Origin: a virus | Lineage: Duplodnaviria > Heunggongvirae > Uroviricota > Caudoviricetes | Strand: one strand, 5' to 3' | Length of the DNA: 64,000 nt | Virus record (IMG/VR): IMGVR_UViG_3300032007_000006 | Span: 57,360-121,359 of that record | Part shown: positions 29,762 to 40,245 of the stretch, piece after piece | How the letters are laid out: every line of letters begins with the position of its first letter | Position numbering within the stretch: position 1 is the first letter of the stretch | Program-made: the position numbers and the translations under genes | Notes under the pieces: model-generated | Database searches by the model: none | Told to the model about the DNA's origin: nothing | The model's input: only the letters and a program-made list of their open reading frames with translations

Positions 29762-30676
29762 ATGCCGCTAGCATCAATTGCCATTCCCATATGGAATGGC
29801 GTCGAATACATTCGCGAATGCATTGCATCCGTAAAATCGCAAACGCTTTCTGACTTTGAATGCATCGTAGTTGATGACGGATCTACGGATGGAAGCCTTG
29901 CCTTGGCAATGGAAGCCGCTGGCGGAGACGAAAGGTTCCGCTTTTTGAGGCAGGAACATCAAGGGCTTTCTGCTGCAAGAAATGTTGGGGTCGCCAAAGC
30001 GTCTTCAAACATAATGTTTCATCTGGACGCCGACGACATTGCTCTTCCCGGAATGATGGAAGAGGCTTTGCGGTTTCTAGAGGACAACAGTCTGGAAATG
30101 GCATTCTTTGATTCGTCTGTGCTGGATGAAGGCGCATCCAAGATTTTTCTTGAATCCGACAAGCGGTACTTCAAGCGGAAAAAGAACTACGGCATTGGCA
30201 GAGGAAGGGACATTTTAACGGATATGTTCAAAAATGGAGACTATGTCTATGCCGCATTCCTTCAAGCCGTAAGAAAGAGCAGAATACGCAGGCCGTTCTG
30301 TCTTGGTTTGCGGGCGCAGGACAAGCTGTATACCACGCAGAATCTTCTGTTGATGGAACGGGTAGGACATCTGCCGAAAGTCCTGCATGTCAAGCGGTGC
30401 CACCCAAAATGCATAACGTATTCAAGGCATGATGTTCATTATGCTTGGAGCAGGATGAAGACGGGAATGGAATTGCTGAAGATGATGGAGAAAGAAGGCA
30501 TCGTTCACGAAGAAGCATTCCGCATCGCCGTTTCTGAATTGGCTTCAGTCGCAAGAACTATGGAATGTCTAGATGGAAAAGAGTCTGAATGGATAGATTC
30601 GCTTCCGCTAATGGACAGGGGATTGATGAAGGCATTTGAACGGATTTCCGTGCCGCGTAAAATAAAGATGGCATAA
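29762..30676 (+). CDS. GT2-family glycosyltransferase
   Basis: IAIPIWN, VDDGSTDGS, GLSAARNVG, LDADD. Confidence 0.92.
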   Translation: MPLASIAIPIWNGVEYIRECIASVKSQTLSDFECIVVDDGSTDGSLALAMEAAGGDERFRFLRQEHQGLSAARNVGVAKASSNIMFHLDADDIALPGMMEEALRFLEDNSLEMAFFDSSVLDEGASKIFLESDKRYFKRKKNYGIGRGRDILTDMFKNGDYVYAAFLQAVRKSRIRRPFCLGLRAQDKLYTTQNLLLMERVGHLPKVLHVKRCHPKCITYSRHDVHYAWSRMKTGMELLKMMEKEGIVHEEAFRIAVSELASVARTMECLDGKESEWIDSLPLMDRGLMKAFERISVPRKIKMA

Positions 30677-30746
30677 TGTTTTTGGGAAAGGTAAATATTT
30701 CAGCACCGTTTGCGGTTTGTCCGCATTCGCAATACAGCGAAAACAA

Positions 30747-33317
30747 ATGCCTAGCGTAACTAAATTTTTAGACTTTCCCGGACTTAGATACTATCATAAC
30801 AAATTTACCACATTGCTGAATGAATCGCTTCCGCAAGAGTATCAGGGAGCAACAGCTTCATCCAGTGGCGTTTCTGGTCTTGTTCCAGCCGCACAGGCCG
30901 CAGACAAAGACAAGTATCTTAAAGGCGATGGAACTTGGGGAACTGTAGCGGACACCAAGGTCAATGCCGTTCTTGCAGCGACAACCAAGGCATACTTGCT
31001 AGGAACGTCAGCCACGCCCACGTCTTCAGCCAAGGCAGTGACGGCAATTGCCGACACGGCCGTGTATTTGGATACCACGGCTGGCAGGCTGACTGCAGGT
31101 TCCTTTGCTGGCAACGGTGAAAACATTACGTTAGGTACCGCAAGCGCCGCAGTCGTTACCGATGCCAATAAAAAACTTGTTGCATCCACAACAGTATCGG
31201 CAACGGAACTTGGCTACCTTAACGGAGTTACATCATCTATTCAAACTCAATTGAATGGAAAGGCCGCATCAAGTCATAGCCACGATGCGTCTGACATCAA
31301 CTCTGGAACGCTCGATACAGCCAGAATACCAAGTCTTGATGCATCAAAGATTGCATCTGGAACGATAGACATTGCAAGACTTCCTTCTGGAGCCTTGCCG
31401 ATTCTGAAAGTTGTGGGCAATGAAACTGAAAGGTTTGCCTTGACTTCAAGTGACGTTCAGGTTGGCGACACCGTTCAGCAGACCGACACTGGATTGATGT
31501 ACTATGTCAAGGACGTTTCAAAGCTGAATTCAGCCGACGGCTATGCAGTCTATACAGCAGGTGCGGCAACTTCCGTTCCGTGGTCTGGAGTGACAGACAA
31601 GCCAAGCACATACGCTCCTTCGGCGCACAACCAAGCCTCCAATACAATCAACGCAATGACTGGCTATTCCAAGCCGTCTTCAACTTCTGCAATCGGAACG
31701 TCCGACACGTTGAATACGGCGATAGGAAAGTTGGAGAAAGCACTGGACGGAAAGCAGGCGTCTGGATCATATGCGGCTGCCAGCCACAACCATGCATCCA
31801 GTGAAGTGACTGCAATGACCAGCTATGCCAAGCCGTCAAGCACTTCGGCCATTGCAACGTCAGACACTTTGAATGCGGCAATTGGAAAGCTTGAAAAGGC
31901 TCTTGATGAAAAGGCCGCTTCAAGTCACGGAACGCACGTCACCTACAGCACGTCCAGTCCTCTTGTTGCAGGAACTGCATCCGCTGGCAGCGCAAATAAC
32001 GTTTCCAGAGGCGATCACGTCCATCCAGAGCAGACAGTAGTCAAGCAAACGAAGGGCGTATTCCTTGTCATTCCAGCTCAAACATCTCAAACGGCAACGC
32101 TTACAGCAAATGTAGACGGCATTACTGAATACTTCCCAGGCCTCACGATTGCCTATCGTGCGCCGTTCAATACTACAGCAAACTCCACGCTCAACATCAA
32201 CGACTTAGGCGCAAAGCCGATATACTACAAGGTCAACACCGCATCCAAGGACTACTATCCAGCCAACACTCTTGTGCTGCTTGTCTACGAGACCACAACT
32301 GCATCTGGCGGCTGCTGGAAAATGGTCTATTCATATGATGGCAACAATAACAACTATGATCGTCGTCTTCACAACAATGCAGTTAAGGCCGCCGCGGCAG
32401 TGACTGCAGGAACGGTCATTGTAGGAACTTCAGCAGGATACAAGACTGCTGCATCTGGCGTCACATTCAACATCAGCTACCCAATCTTGTATGCTTCTGA
32501 AGCTATTGCTGCAAACGCGACAAATGCAAAAACCTATGAAGCCATTCCAAGCATCAATCTTCAGACAACGAAGGCTTCTTGGACAGGAACGCAGTATGCC
32601 ACCGTCTATCTTGTCGGCACACTGTCTGGAACTACGGTAACAATCGACTCTTCAATCTTCACCACCACGGTTCCTTCAAGTGCGGACGGCAAGGTGTACA
32701 TTCCCCTTGGCGTTCTCTACAGCACATATCAGATCTACTTTGCTCCGACAAGAGACATCTATCAGTACACCAACGGTTCGTTCCATCCTCTGGACACGAC
32801 AACGGCGGCAACTGGCGGAAGCAACGGCACAATCAAGATAAACGGCACGGATGTTGCAGTCAAGGGACTCGGAAGCGCCGCATACACGGCATCTACCGCA
32901 TATCTGACTCCTTCATCAACTCTTGACGCCACGAAGCTGTCTGGAACTATTCCATCTGGATGCTACACAACATACACTCATCCAACCACGTCCGGAAACA
33001 AGCACATTCCTTCTGGAGGCTCTTCTGGACAGTTCCTCGGATGGAGCGCAGATGGTACTGCGGCTTGGGTGAACAATCCCAACTGGACTACACATCTCTA
33101 TGCAGGAGCGGCAAGCAATGCAACAGCAAACGCCACATCTGCAACCACCAATGCGGCAACCTACATTGTAGTGTGCGACAATTCAACAGCAAGAAATGCT
33201 GTTCAAGTCACTGGCACCAATGGAACAACAGTTTCCGCAGTCAACGGCAAGTTGACAATCGACTCGCCTGCATTGGCTTCAGTGACAAATGCTCAGATTG
33301 ACACCCTGTTTGCATAG
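30747..33317 (+). CDS. long Ala/Ser/Thr-rich tail fibre protein
   Basis: KFLDFPGLRYY start; GLVPAA..KYLKGDGTW, ELGYLNGVTSSIQTQLN, AIGKLEKALD repeats, YTHPT..GNKHIP; ends VTNAQIDTLFA. Confidence 0.9.
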   Translation: MPSVTKFLDFPGLRYYHNKFTTLLNESLPQEYQGATASSSGVSGLVPAAQAADKDKYLKGDGTWGTVADTKVNAVLAATTKAYLLGTSATPTSSAKAVTAIADTAVYLDTTAGRLTAGSFAGNGENITLGTASAAVVTDANKKLVASTTVSATELGYLNGVTSSIQTQLNGKAASSHSHDASDINSGTLDTARIPSLDASKIASGTIDIARLPSGALPILKVVGNETERFALTSSDVQVGDTVQQTDTGLMYYVKDVSKLNSADGYAVYTAGAATSVPWSGVTDKPSTYAPSAHNQASNTINAMTGYSKPSSTSAIGTSDTLNTAIGKLEKALDGKQASGSYAAASHNHASSEVTAMTSYAKPSSTSAIATSDTLNAAIGKLEKALDEKAASSHGTHVTYSTSSPLVAGTASAGSANNVSRGDHVHPEQTVVKQTKGVFLVIPAQTSQTATLTANVDGITEYFPGLTIAYRAPFNTTANSTLNINDLGAKPIYYKVNTASKDYYPANTLVLLVYETTTASGGCWKMVYSYDGNNNNYDRRLHNNAVKAAAAVTAGTVIVGTSAGYKTAASGVTFNISYPILYASEAIAANATNAKTYEAIPSINLQTTKASWTGTQYATVYLVGTLSGTTVTIDSSIFTTTVPSSADGKVYIPLGVLYSTYQIYFAPTRDIYQYTNGSFHPLDTTTAATGGSNGTIKINGTDVAVKGLGSAAYTASTAYLTPSSTLDATKLSGTIPSGCYTTYTHPTTSGNKHIPSGGSSGQFLGWSADGTAAWVNNPNWTTHLYAGAASNATANATSATTNAATYIVVCDNSTARNAVQVTGTNGTTVSAVNGKLTIDSPALASVTNAQIDTLFA

Positions 33318-33331
33318 GAGGAATAGCATAA

Positions 33332-34480
33332 ATGGCTACTAAAACATATGTTGATTTTGATGGACTGCAATACTATGACCAGAAACTGAAAGCAAGTCTT
33401 GCACATCCAACGCATTCATACACCGTGGCGCAGAACGCCGCAAAGAACTGGTATAGAATTGCAAACGCCGCAGGAAGTCAGATAGACACTTCAAAGCCAC
33501 TGCACGTCCAGTTTCTTGTGACAGCGTGGAACTCTGGCGCAGACACTGGATACTATCAGCAATGGTTTGTGGACAGTCAAGTCTTTGGACGCAATGCAGG
33601 CATCAGAATATTCGGCAACTCTAGTGCGCCATTCTCGCAGATCAGGGTTCTCTATGAAAACACAATTGCCGACATAGACGCCAACGACAGGCCTGCAATC
33701 GACCTCTATCTCAACTACGTCCTTGCAAATGCCGCAACCAATGTCAAGGTTGAAGAGATATACAACTCTGGATGGACTTTCGTTGCGGACGGCGCTCTTG
33801 CCGCATCGGCAGTTCCCACAGGCTTCGAGAACGTTGCGGCAGTGCCACTGAACAGCGGCATCGGCAGGGCAAGCAACTCCACCTATGCAGACTATACGGC
33901 GATTCAGAGAAGCAACATTACTGCCAACTGCACCCTTGCAGACAACACTACCTACCGCGGCAGGACGCTGAACTGCACGAATGCAATCACAATTACCCTG
34001 CCAAGCATCAACAGCGTGTGGTCTTGGTTCATCATCAAGAACTTCAACGCCATTGGAAGCGGAAAGAACGTCACCATCCATCCGTCCACTACATCCGTGC
34101 TGATAGACGATTCCAATGCCGACATCGTCCTTGCTCCCGGAGAGTATGTTCTGCTCCACAGCAGGGCGGCAAACTCATATACAAGGCTGATGGACGGCAG
34201 AGCCTATCAGGGAGCAACGGCATCTGCGGCAGGCAGGGCAGGACTCGTTCCTGCGGCTACTACCGCGGAAAGGAGCAAGTATCTTAAAGGAGATGGAACT
34301 TGGGCCGAATTGACGCTTCCTTCTGTCTATCAGGGAGCAACAGCAAGTGCAAACGGCATTGCTGGTCTTGTTCCTGCTGCTGCGTCTTCAGAAAAGGACA
34401 GTTTTTTCACTGGAGATGGAAACTGGACTGAACTGGATACTGTAACTACTGCACAAATAGACGCAATGTTTGTGGAATAG
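33332..34480 (+). CDS. tail fibre-like protein
   Basis: YVDFDGLQYY start; WYRIA, ITLP..IIKN module, two GLVP..GDG.W repeats; ends VTTAQIDAMF. Confidence 0.85.
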   Translation: MATKTYVDFDGLQYYDQKLKASLAHPTHSYTVAQNAAKNWYRIANAAGSQIDTSKPLHVQFLVTAWNSGADTGYYQQWFVDSQVFGRNAGIRIFGNSSAPFSQIRVLYENTIADIDANDRPAIDLYLNYVLANAATNVKVEEIYNSGWTFVADGALAASAVPTGFENVAAVPLNSGIGRASNSTYADYTAIQRSNITANCTLADNTTYRGRTLNCTNAITITLPSINSVWSWFIIKNFNAIGSGKNVTIHPSTTSVLIDDSNADIVLAPGEYVLLHSRAANSYTRLMDGRAYQGATASAAGRAGLVPAATTAERSKYLKGDGTWAELTLPSVYQGATASANGIAGLVPAAASSEKDSFFTGDGNWTELDTVTTAQIDAMFVE

Positions 34481-34489
34481 AGGCTGCCA

Positions 34490-36118
34490 ATGTCCAAAAA
34501 AAGATATGTAGATTTGGATGCAATGCAATACTACGAATCAAAATGGAAGCTGAAGTTTGAGGAACTTGCTATAAACGATGATGAATTGGATGAAATATGC
34601 GAAGAAGCCATTAATGGTATACAAGAATGGTCTTTTACAATAGACACTAGATTTGTATCCCAAAACAACAAAAAAACTGGAATTCCTTTCAATTTATACA
34701 ATCAATCCGAATCACTGCGTATAGACTGGGGAGATGGAACATCTTCAAGACTAACTGCAGCAGACTATGCTTTAACCAATACATCAGCCTCGCTGCATGA
34801 ATATGAAAATCCTGGAGAATATACCATTACAGTCAAATGCTTACACTATAGCAATCTGTATGTTCTTGGAACAGGCAATGATACCCAATATCTGAACGCT
34901 TCAGATTTAAGCATAGTTTCTCTCTACTGGTGGAGACATACGCTAAAAAGCGTCAACAATGCAATCCCTTTAGTAAAAGGGATGAACAGGTATAGGACCT
35001 TTTATAGCAATAGACTGGAAATTTTTTCTGATGATTTGAGCTATTTGTTTTATCAATGCTATGAATTGTCTTCAGTTCCTCAAGATTTGTTTGAAAAAAA
35101 TCCCTCAACGAGCATATTTTACAGATGTTTTTCCAAATGTTCGTCTTTAACAAGCATTCCAGAAAAAATATTTGACAAGAGAACTAATTCTAACTGCACT
35201 TTTACTCTCTGCTTTGAAAATTGTACAAGTCTATCTTCTATTCCAGAAAAACTTTTCTATGGAATTGAAATTGGAAATTTTAATTCGTGCTTCTCTGGAT
35301 GCAATTCTTTAGCATCTATTCCGGCTGAACTGTTTAGCAATATAAATGGAACATCATTTGCATCATGCTTTTGCTACTGTAAACAGCTCACGTCAATTCC
35401 AGCAAATTTGTTTAATTCCAGTACAAATGCAACCTCATTTAATGAATGCTTTTCCTACTGTGAATCATTAACAAGCATTCCAAGCAATATTTTTAAATTC
35501 AATACAAATGTTGAAGATTTTAGCTTCTGTTTTTCCTCCTGCAAACGGCTGCAGTCCCTGCCGGCGAATCTATTCAACAGTCCAAACGCTACAACTTTTA
35601 ATGGCGTATTTCATGGATGCGAATCATTGACTAGCATTCCTGGAGACATGTTTGCTGTGGCTGGGGAAAATGGAAGATATTTTGAATATGCTTTTCAGCT
35701 TTGCAATTCATTGACTTCAATACCTTACGATCTTTTTTCCGAAAACTACTATGGAGAAAATTTTGAGGAGTGCTTCTATGGATGTCGATCCATAACAAGC
35801 ATTCCTAGTGGATTGTTTCCAACATTAGCCCAAAATTTCTCTGGATGCTTTAATGGATGCACTTCCTTGACTACTGTTCCAAGCGATCTATTTTCCGGCA
35901 ATTATTCAGTCTATAGTTTGGAATATCTTTTTGATGGGTGTTCTTCCTTAAGGGACTTTACTCTTTACATAGATTCTTCAAATGTTGATTCTGCGTATGG
36001 TTTTGTGCCATACAAGTCGAATGTAGATCGAACAGTCTATGTACCAGCCAATTCAACAACAGCAGACACATTCAATGACTATGCTGAGGAGTTTGGCATA
36101 GCTGTTGTTGAAGTGTAG
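34490..36118 (+). CDS. PKD-like + Cys-rich LRR (BspA-like) adhesin
   Basis: IDWGDGT; about 11 IPxxLF..F..CF..C.SL repeats; C-cap RTVYVPANSTT. Confidence 0.85.
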   Translation: MSKKRYVDLDAMQYYESKWKLKFEELAINDDELDEICEEAINGIQEWSFTIDTRFVSQNNKKTGIPFNLYNQSESLRIDWGDGTSSRLTAADYALTNTSASLHEYENPGEYTITVKCLHYSNLYVLGTGNDTQYLNASDLSIVSLYWWRHTLKSVNNAIPLVKGMNRYRTFYSNRLEIFSDDLSYLFYQCYELSSVPQDLFEKNPSTSIFYRCFSKCSSLTSIPEKIFDKRTNSNCTFTLCFENCTSLSSIPEKLFYGIEIGNFNSCFSGCNSLASIPAELFSNINGTSFASCFCYCKQLTSIPANLFNSSTNATSFNECFSYCESLTSIPSNIFKFNTNVEDFSFCFSSCKRLQSLPANLFNSPNATTFNGVFHGCESLTSIPGDMFAVAGENGRYFEYAFQLCNSLTSIPYDLFSENYYGENFEECFYGCRSITSIPSGLFPTLAQNFSGCFNGCTSLTTVPSDLFSGNYSVYSLEYLFDGCSSLRDFTLYIDSSNVDSAYGFVPYKSNVDRTVYVPANSTTADTFNDYAEEFGIAVVEV

Positions 36119-36217
36119 CGTTGATTTAAGTATATTAATATCTTAAACACAAAAATGATTTTAATCTAGTTTTAAACTAGCGTTAATCATAAAAAAGATA
36201 TAAAACGGGAGACATAT

Positions 36218-37195
36218 ATGCCAGTCCAGATAAAATACGGAAAAATATACATGAAGGATGCCGTTGGAAATCTTGTGCAGATTATTCCAGAAGCGGCAGG
36301 CTATTCTGTAGGCTATCAGGGAGCAACGGCTTCTGCGCCTGGAGTGTCTGGTCTTGTGCCAGCAGCCGAAATAGCTGACAGAAACAAGTATCTCAAGGGT
36401 GATGGAACATGGGCCGAATTGACTCTTCCTTCAGACTACGTTGGTGCAACTTCATCTGCAAATGGAGTTCATGGTCTTGTACCAGCCGCAACCATTGCAG
36501 ACCGAAACAAGTATTTCAAGGGAGATGGCACCTGGGCTGAATTAACGCTTCCTTCTGACTACGTTGGTGCAACTTCATCTGCAAATGGAGTTCATGGTCT
36601 TGTACCAGCCGCAACCATTGCAGACCGAAACAAGTATTTCAAGGGAGATGGCACCTGGGCTGAAATTGCAGACATTGACACAAGCACTCTTCTTCTTGAC
36701 AACTATCAGAAGGCGGCTTCAGTTTCTGCGGTTTCTTCTTCCGACAGCGTTCTTCAGGCCATCGGAAAACTGGAAAAGGCCATTGATGGCAAGCAGGATT
36801 CGGGATCATATCTAACAGCGTCTTCAACGCTGGATGCCACGAAACTGTCTGGAACAGCATCAATTAATACAACAGGCAATGCATCTACAGCGACAAAGGC
36901 CACGCAGGATGGTTCTGGCAACGTTATTACAGCAACATACGCAACAAAGGCCGAACTGCCTTCAGACTATATTGGCGCAACCTCATCTGCAAATGGAGTC
37001 CATGGCCTTGTTCCTGCGGCGGCAATTGCAGAAAAAGACTGCTTTTTGTGTGGTGACGGCACTTGGGACGCCATTTCGGGAATGACGAATGCACAGATAG
37101 ACACGGCAATGGCCAATGTCGGCTATATTGGCAACATTGATCCATCTCTGTTGACTTCAATAACTAATTCAGAGATAGATGCACTGTTTGCCTAG
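36218..37195 (+). CDS. tail fibre-like repeat protein
   Basis: Four GLVPAA..GDGTW repeats; ends ITNSEIDALFA. Confidence 0.85.
   Translation: MPVQIKYGKIYMKDAVGNLVQIIPEAAGYSVGYQGATASAPGVSGLVPAAEIADRNKYLKGDGTWAELTLPSDYVGATSSANGVHGLVPAATIADRNKYFKGDGTWAELTLPSDYVGATSSANGVHGLVPAATIADRNKYFKGDGTWAEIADIDTSTLLLDNYQKAASVSAVSSSDSVLQAIGKLEKAIDGKQDSGSYLTASSTLDATKLSGTASINTTGNASTATKATQDGSGNVITATYATKAELPSDYIGATSSANGVHGLVPAAAIAEKDCFLCGDGTWDAISGMTNAQIDTAMANVGYIGNIDPSLLTSITNSEIDALFA
36434..36666 (+). repeat. near-perfect 123-nt (41-aa) tandem duplication
   Basis: GACTACGTTGGTGCAACTTC... starts at 36434 and 36557. Confidence 0.9.
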
Positions 37196-37206
37196 GAGGT
37201 GGCTGT

Positions 37207-39102
37207 ATGGGCCAAAGATATGCATTTCTGGACTATGACGGCCTGCAGAGATATGATCAGGACTGGCTGGATGAATTTGAGAGAATGGCATTGCAAAATG
37301 AAGAAATAGATAATATTATTGATGATATAGTTTTTCAAAACTATGAATTTATTTTTGATATAATACCATTTTATGATCGTGCTGACACAAGTGGTAATGG
37401 ACAATATAAAACAGCTATTCCATTTAATCTTTATAGACAACCAGGAATTGAACTTACTGTAGACTGGGGTGATGGAACAATAGAAACATTAACATCGGAA
37501 GATTTTCCTAATGGAAATGCAGATACAGCTATTCATAGGTATAACAGCAATACATCATCTGTGTATACAGTTAAAATAACTTGCAATAACTGGAATGATT
37601 TATATATATTATCTGAATCTTTTGAAAGATTAAACCAATATCTTTATGATAACATTGAAAATATAAGTGCATACTTTTGGAAAAAAAGTTTACGCGAAAT
37701 TAAAACACCATTACCAAAATTAAAAGGAATCTATCTAGATAATAAACAATTTATTAAAAACTCATTTCTATCAATTTTATCTTATAGTAGTGTAGTGTCT
37801 GTTCCAGAAGGATTGTTTAGCAATAATCCATTAGCAACTAATTTTAGCAATTGCTTTCGTGGTTGCATAAATTTGTCGTCTGTTCCAGAAGGATTGTTTA
37901 ATGGTAGTTCAGCAGTCGTTGATTTTAGTGAATGTTTTTACAATTGCACAAATTTGTCGTCTGTTCCAGAAGGATTGTTTAGCAATAATCCATTAGCAAC
38001 TAATTTTAGCAATTGCTTTCGTGGTTGCACAAATTTGTCGTCTGTTCCAGAAGGATTGTTTAGCAATAATCCATTAGCAACTAATTTTAGTGGATGCTTT
38101 TATGACGCAAGATTATCATCTATTCCAGAAGGATTGTTTAGCAATAATCCATTAGCAACTAATTTTAGCAATTGCTTTTATAGCTGTGAATATCTTAGAT
38201 CCATCCCTGCAAATCTATTCAAATACAATACAGCCGCAACAGATTTTAGCGGATGTTTTTATTATTGCAATAATGGCGGTCTTCAATCCATTCCAGAAGA
38301 TTTATTCAAATACAATACAGCCGCAATAGATTTTAGCGGATGTTTTCAGTCATGTGGATATCTTAAATCCATCCCTGCAAATCTATTTAGATACAATACA
38401 GAAGCAACTAATTTTAAAAAATGTTTTGCATCTTGCTACAGTAGTAGTCTTAAATCTATCCCAGAAGATTTATTCAAATACAATACAAAAGCTATCAATT
38501 TTAGCTATTGTTTTAAAGATTTAAAGTATATAACTTCTATACCAACAAATCTATTCAGATACAATACAGAAGCAACAGATTTTAGCGGATGTTTTTATGA
38601 CTGGGACTCTTCAAGTTTAACATCAATTCCAGAGGATTTATTCAAATACAATACAAAAGCAATTAATTTTAATGGATGTTTTTATTCATGTAGTTATATA
38701 ACTTCTATACCAGAAAATCTATTCAGATACAACACTGCCGCAATAGATTTTAGTAATTGTTTTCATTGGTGTAATAAAATTGTTTCTATTCCAACAAATC
38801 TATTCAGATACAATACTAATGCAACTAATTTTTCAAAATGTTTTTATTACTGTAATTCCATTACATCCATTCCAGAAGATTTATTCAGATATAATACTAG
38901 CGTAACTACTTTAAGTAATTGTTTTGGACAATGTTCTAAAATTTATAATATCACTATTCATATAGGTTCTGCTATTATTTCCGATTGTACAGATTTTATA
39001 GCAGCAAAAAGTGGAACAACCAGGATTGCATATGTTCCATTAAATTCTATTACACAGACTAGTTTTAGTTCAGTAACTGGATTTACAGTTATAGGAGAAT
39101 AA
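37207..39102 (+). CDS. PKD-like + Cys-rich LRR (BspA-like) adhesin
   Basis: FLDYDGLQRY..LQNEEIDNII start; VDWGDGT; about 14 repeats of 27 aa; C-cap TRIAYVP. Confidence 0.88.
   Translation: MGQRYAFLDYDGLQRYDQDWLDEFERMALQNEEIDNIIDDIVFQNYEFIFDIIPFYDRADTSGNGQYKTAIPFNLYRQPGIELTVDWGDGTIETLTSEDFPNGNADTAIHRYNSNTSSVYTVKITCNNWNDLYILSESFERLNQYLYDNIENISAYFWKKSLREIKTPLPKLKGIYLDNKQFIKNSFLSILSYSSVVSVPEGLFSNNPLATNFSNCFRGCINLSSVPEGLFNGSSAVVDFSECFYNCTNLSSVPEGLFSNNPLATNFSNCFRGCTNLSSVPEGLFSNNPLATNFSGCFYDARLSSIPEGLFSNNPLATNFSNCFYSCEYLRSIPANLFKYNTAATDFSGCFYYCNNGGLQSIPEDLFKYNTAAIDFSGCFQSCGYLKSIPANLFRYNTEATNFKKCFASCYSSSLKSIPEDLFKYNTKAINFSYCFKDLKYITSIPTNLFRYNTEATDFSGCFYDWDSSSLTSIPEDLFKYNTKAINFNGCFYSCSYITSIPENLFRYNTAAIDFSNCFHWCNKIVSIPTNLFRYNTNATNFSKCFYYCNSITSIPEDLFRYNTSVTTLSNCFGQCSKIYNITIHIGSAIISDCTDFIAAKSGTTRIAYVPLNSITQTSFSSVTGFTVIGE
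37798..38940 (+). repeat. 81-nt-period LRR-coding repeat array
   Basis: GTTCCAGAAGGATTGTTTA at 37801, 37882, 37963, 38044; a second subtype with TTATTCAAATACAATACA follows. Confidence 0.9.
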
Positions 39103-39104
39103 AA

Positions 39105-39521
39105 ATGGATTCTGAATATCTAAACAATAATGGTACATCATACTTGTGGAGTAAGATAAAAACTTACATAGATAATGCATTAACAACAATTGTATCAATA
39201 ACAAATAATAGAGAACTATTTGGATATCCCGTTACTGTAACAGGAAATGAAATTAATTTACAAAATGGAGATGTATTTTTAAAGACAATATCTCAAAATA
39301 CATCGTTTTCCTTTACTGGAGTACCTTCGAACCGTACAGCCACATTTAGCGTTATATTGACTAATGGAGGTTCTTACTTGGTAACATGGCCAAATTCAGT
39401 AAAATGGTCATTTGGTCAATCGCCAGTATTATCAGAAACTGGAATAGACATGATTACATTTTTAACTCCAGATGGAGGAACAACATGGTATGGTTCCTTG
39501 TCTGTACAGCATGCTGAATAA
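39105..39521 (+). CDS. small fibre-cluster protein (leader motif plus one beta-domain)
   Basis: EYLNNNGTSYLWSKIK start; LTNGG..WP..VKW..G..P..DGGTTWYG domain also present in 42203 and 45122. Confidence 0.8.
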   Translation: MDSEYLNNNGTSYLWSKIKTYIDNALTTIVSITNNRELFGYPVTVTGNEINLQNGDVFLKTISQNTSFSFTGVPSNRTATFSVILTNGGSYLVTWPNSVKWSFGQSPVLSETGIDMITFLTPDGGTTWYGSLSVQHAE

Positions 39522-39547
39522 CTAAAATATTTTAAAATGGCATATAA

Positions 39548-39575
39548 AAATAGACTGGCCGTGGCCAGTCTATTT
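39548..39575. terminator. bidirectional terminator between convergent genes
   Basis: AAATAGACTGGCC-GT-GGCCAGTCTATTT. Confidence 0.75.
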
Positions 39576-39579
39576 GTTT

Positions 39580-40230
39580 TTATAACTCATTTTGATCTAC
39601 AATTAAGTGTTTAACTTCTTCTTTTGCCTTTAATTCTTCGACAACAGCAATTCCTTTTCCGTATCCGATAAATGAGGCAAATCTCATTGAACCTTCTGAA
39701 GTAATAGTTGAGAAATTTAGATAATCTGTAAAGTGTTCATTGCATATGCTTTTTTTATCAAAACAATGATATAATTCAACTTCTATTCTATTTTCTTCTA
39801 AAAAATCAATTGGATTTCGTCGTATTCGTTCACTCCATTCAGCTATAATTAGTTCATTTTCTTTTAATTCAATTTTATCTTTATATTCAAAATCTGGACA
39901 CCTTACATCATAGTAATCTATATGATGACATTTTGGAAAGGTATCATAAAACCTATAACGCACGCCATGTTTTACATCAATCAATAAATCTTCCGTATTT
40001 TCAAAACTTTTAATTATGGCAGTAGAAAATACGGTTTTACCCATTCCAATTCGACCAAATGTATATATGCCTTGAATTTTGTTATCATGTTTAAAATTAG
40101 ATAAAATTACACTTCCAAATACACTACCTAATAATTTAGTGTCATTTTGACTAGTAATATCATATCGAATTTTACCTTCTGTGTATTCTTTGAATAAAAA
40201 TCGTTCTTTTCGTTTAAATCGTTGAAGCAT
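39580..40230 (-). CDS. TsaE/YjeE-like P-loop ATPase
   Basis: TKLLG, GRIGMGKTVFS, HIDYY, IAEWSERI. Confidence 0.7.
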   Translation of the reverse strand: MLQRFKRKERFLFKEYTEGKIRYDITSQNDTKLLGSVFGSVILSNFKHDNKIQGIYTFGRIGMGKTVFSTAIIKSFENTEDLLIDVKHGVRYRFYDTFPKCHHIDYYDVRCPDFEYKDKIELKENELIIAEWSERIRRNPIDFLEENRIEVELYHCFDKKSICNEHFTDYLNFSTITSEGSMRFASFIGYGKGIAVVEELKAKEEVKHLIVDQNEL

Positions 40231-40245
40231 TGTTTCCTCCCTTTA

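Noticed and set aside
37798-38940. CRISPR-like array (regular 81-nt period)
   Set aside because: The repeats are in-frame LRR codons within one ORF, there are no unique spacers, and no cas genes are present.
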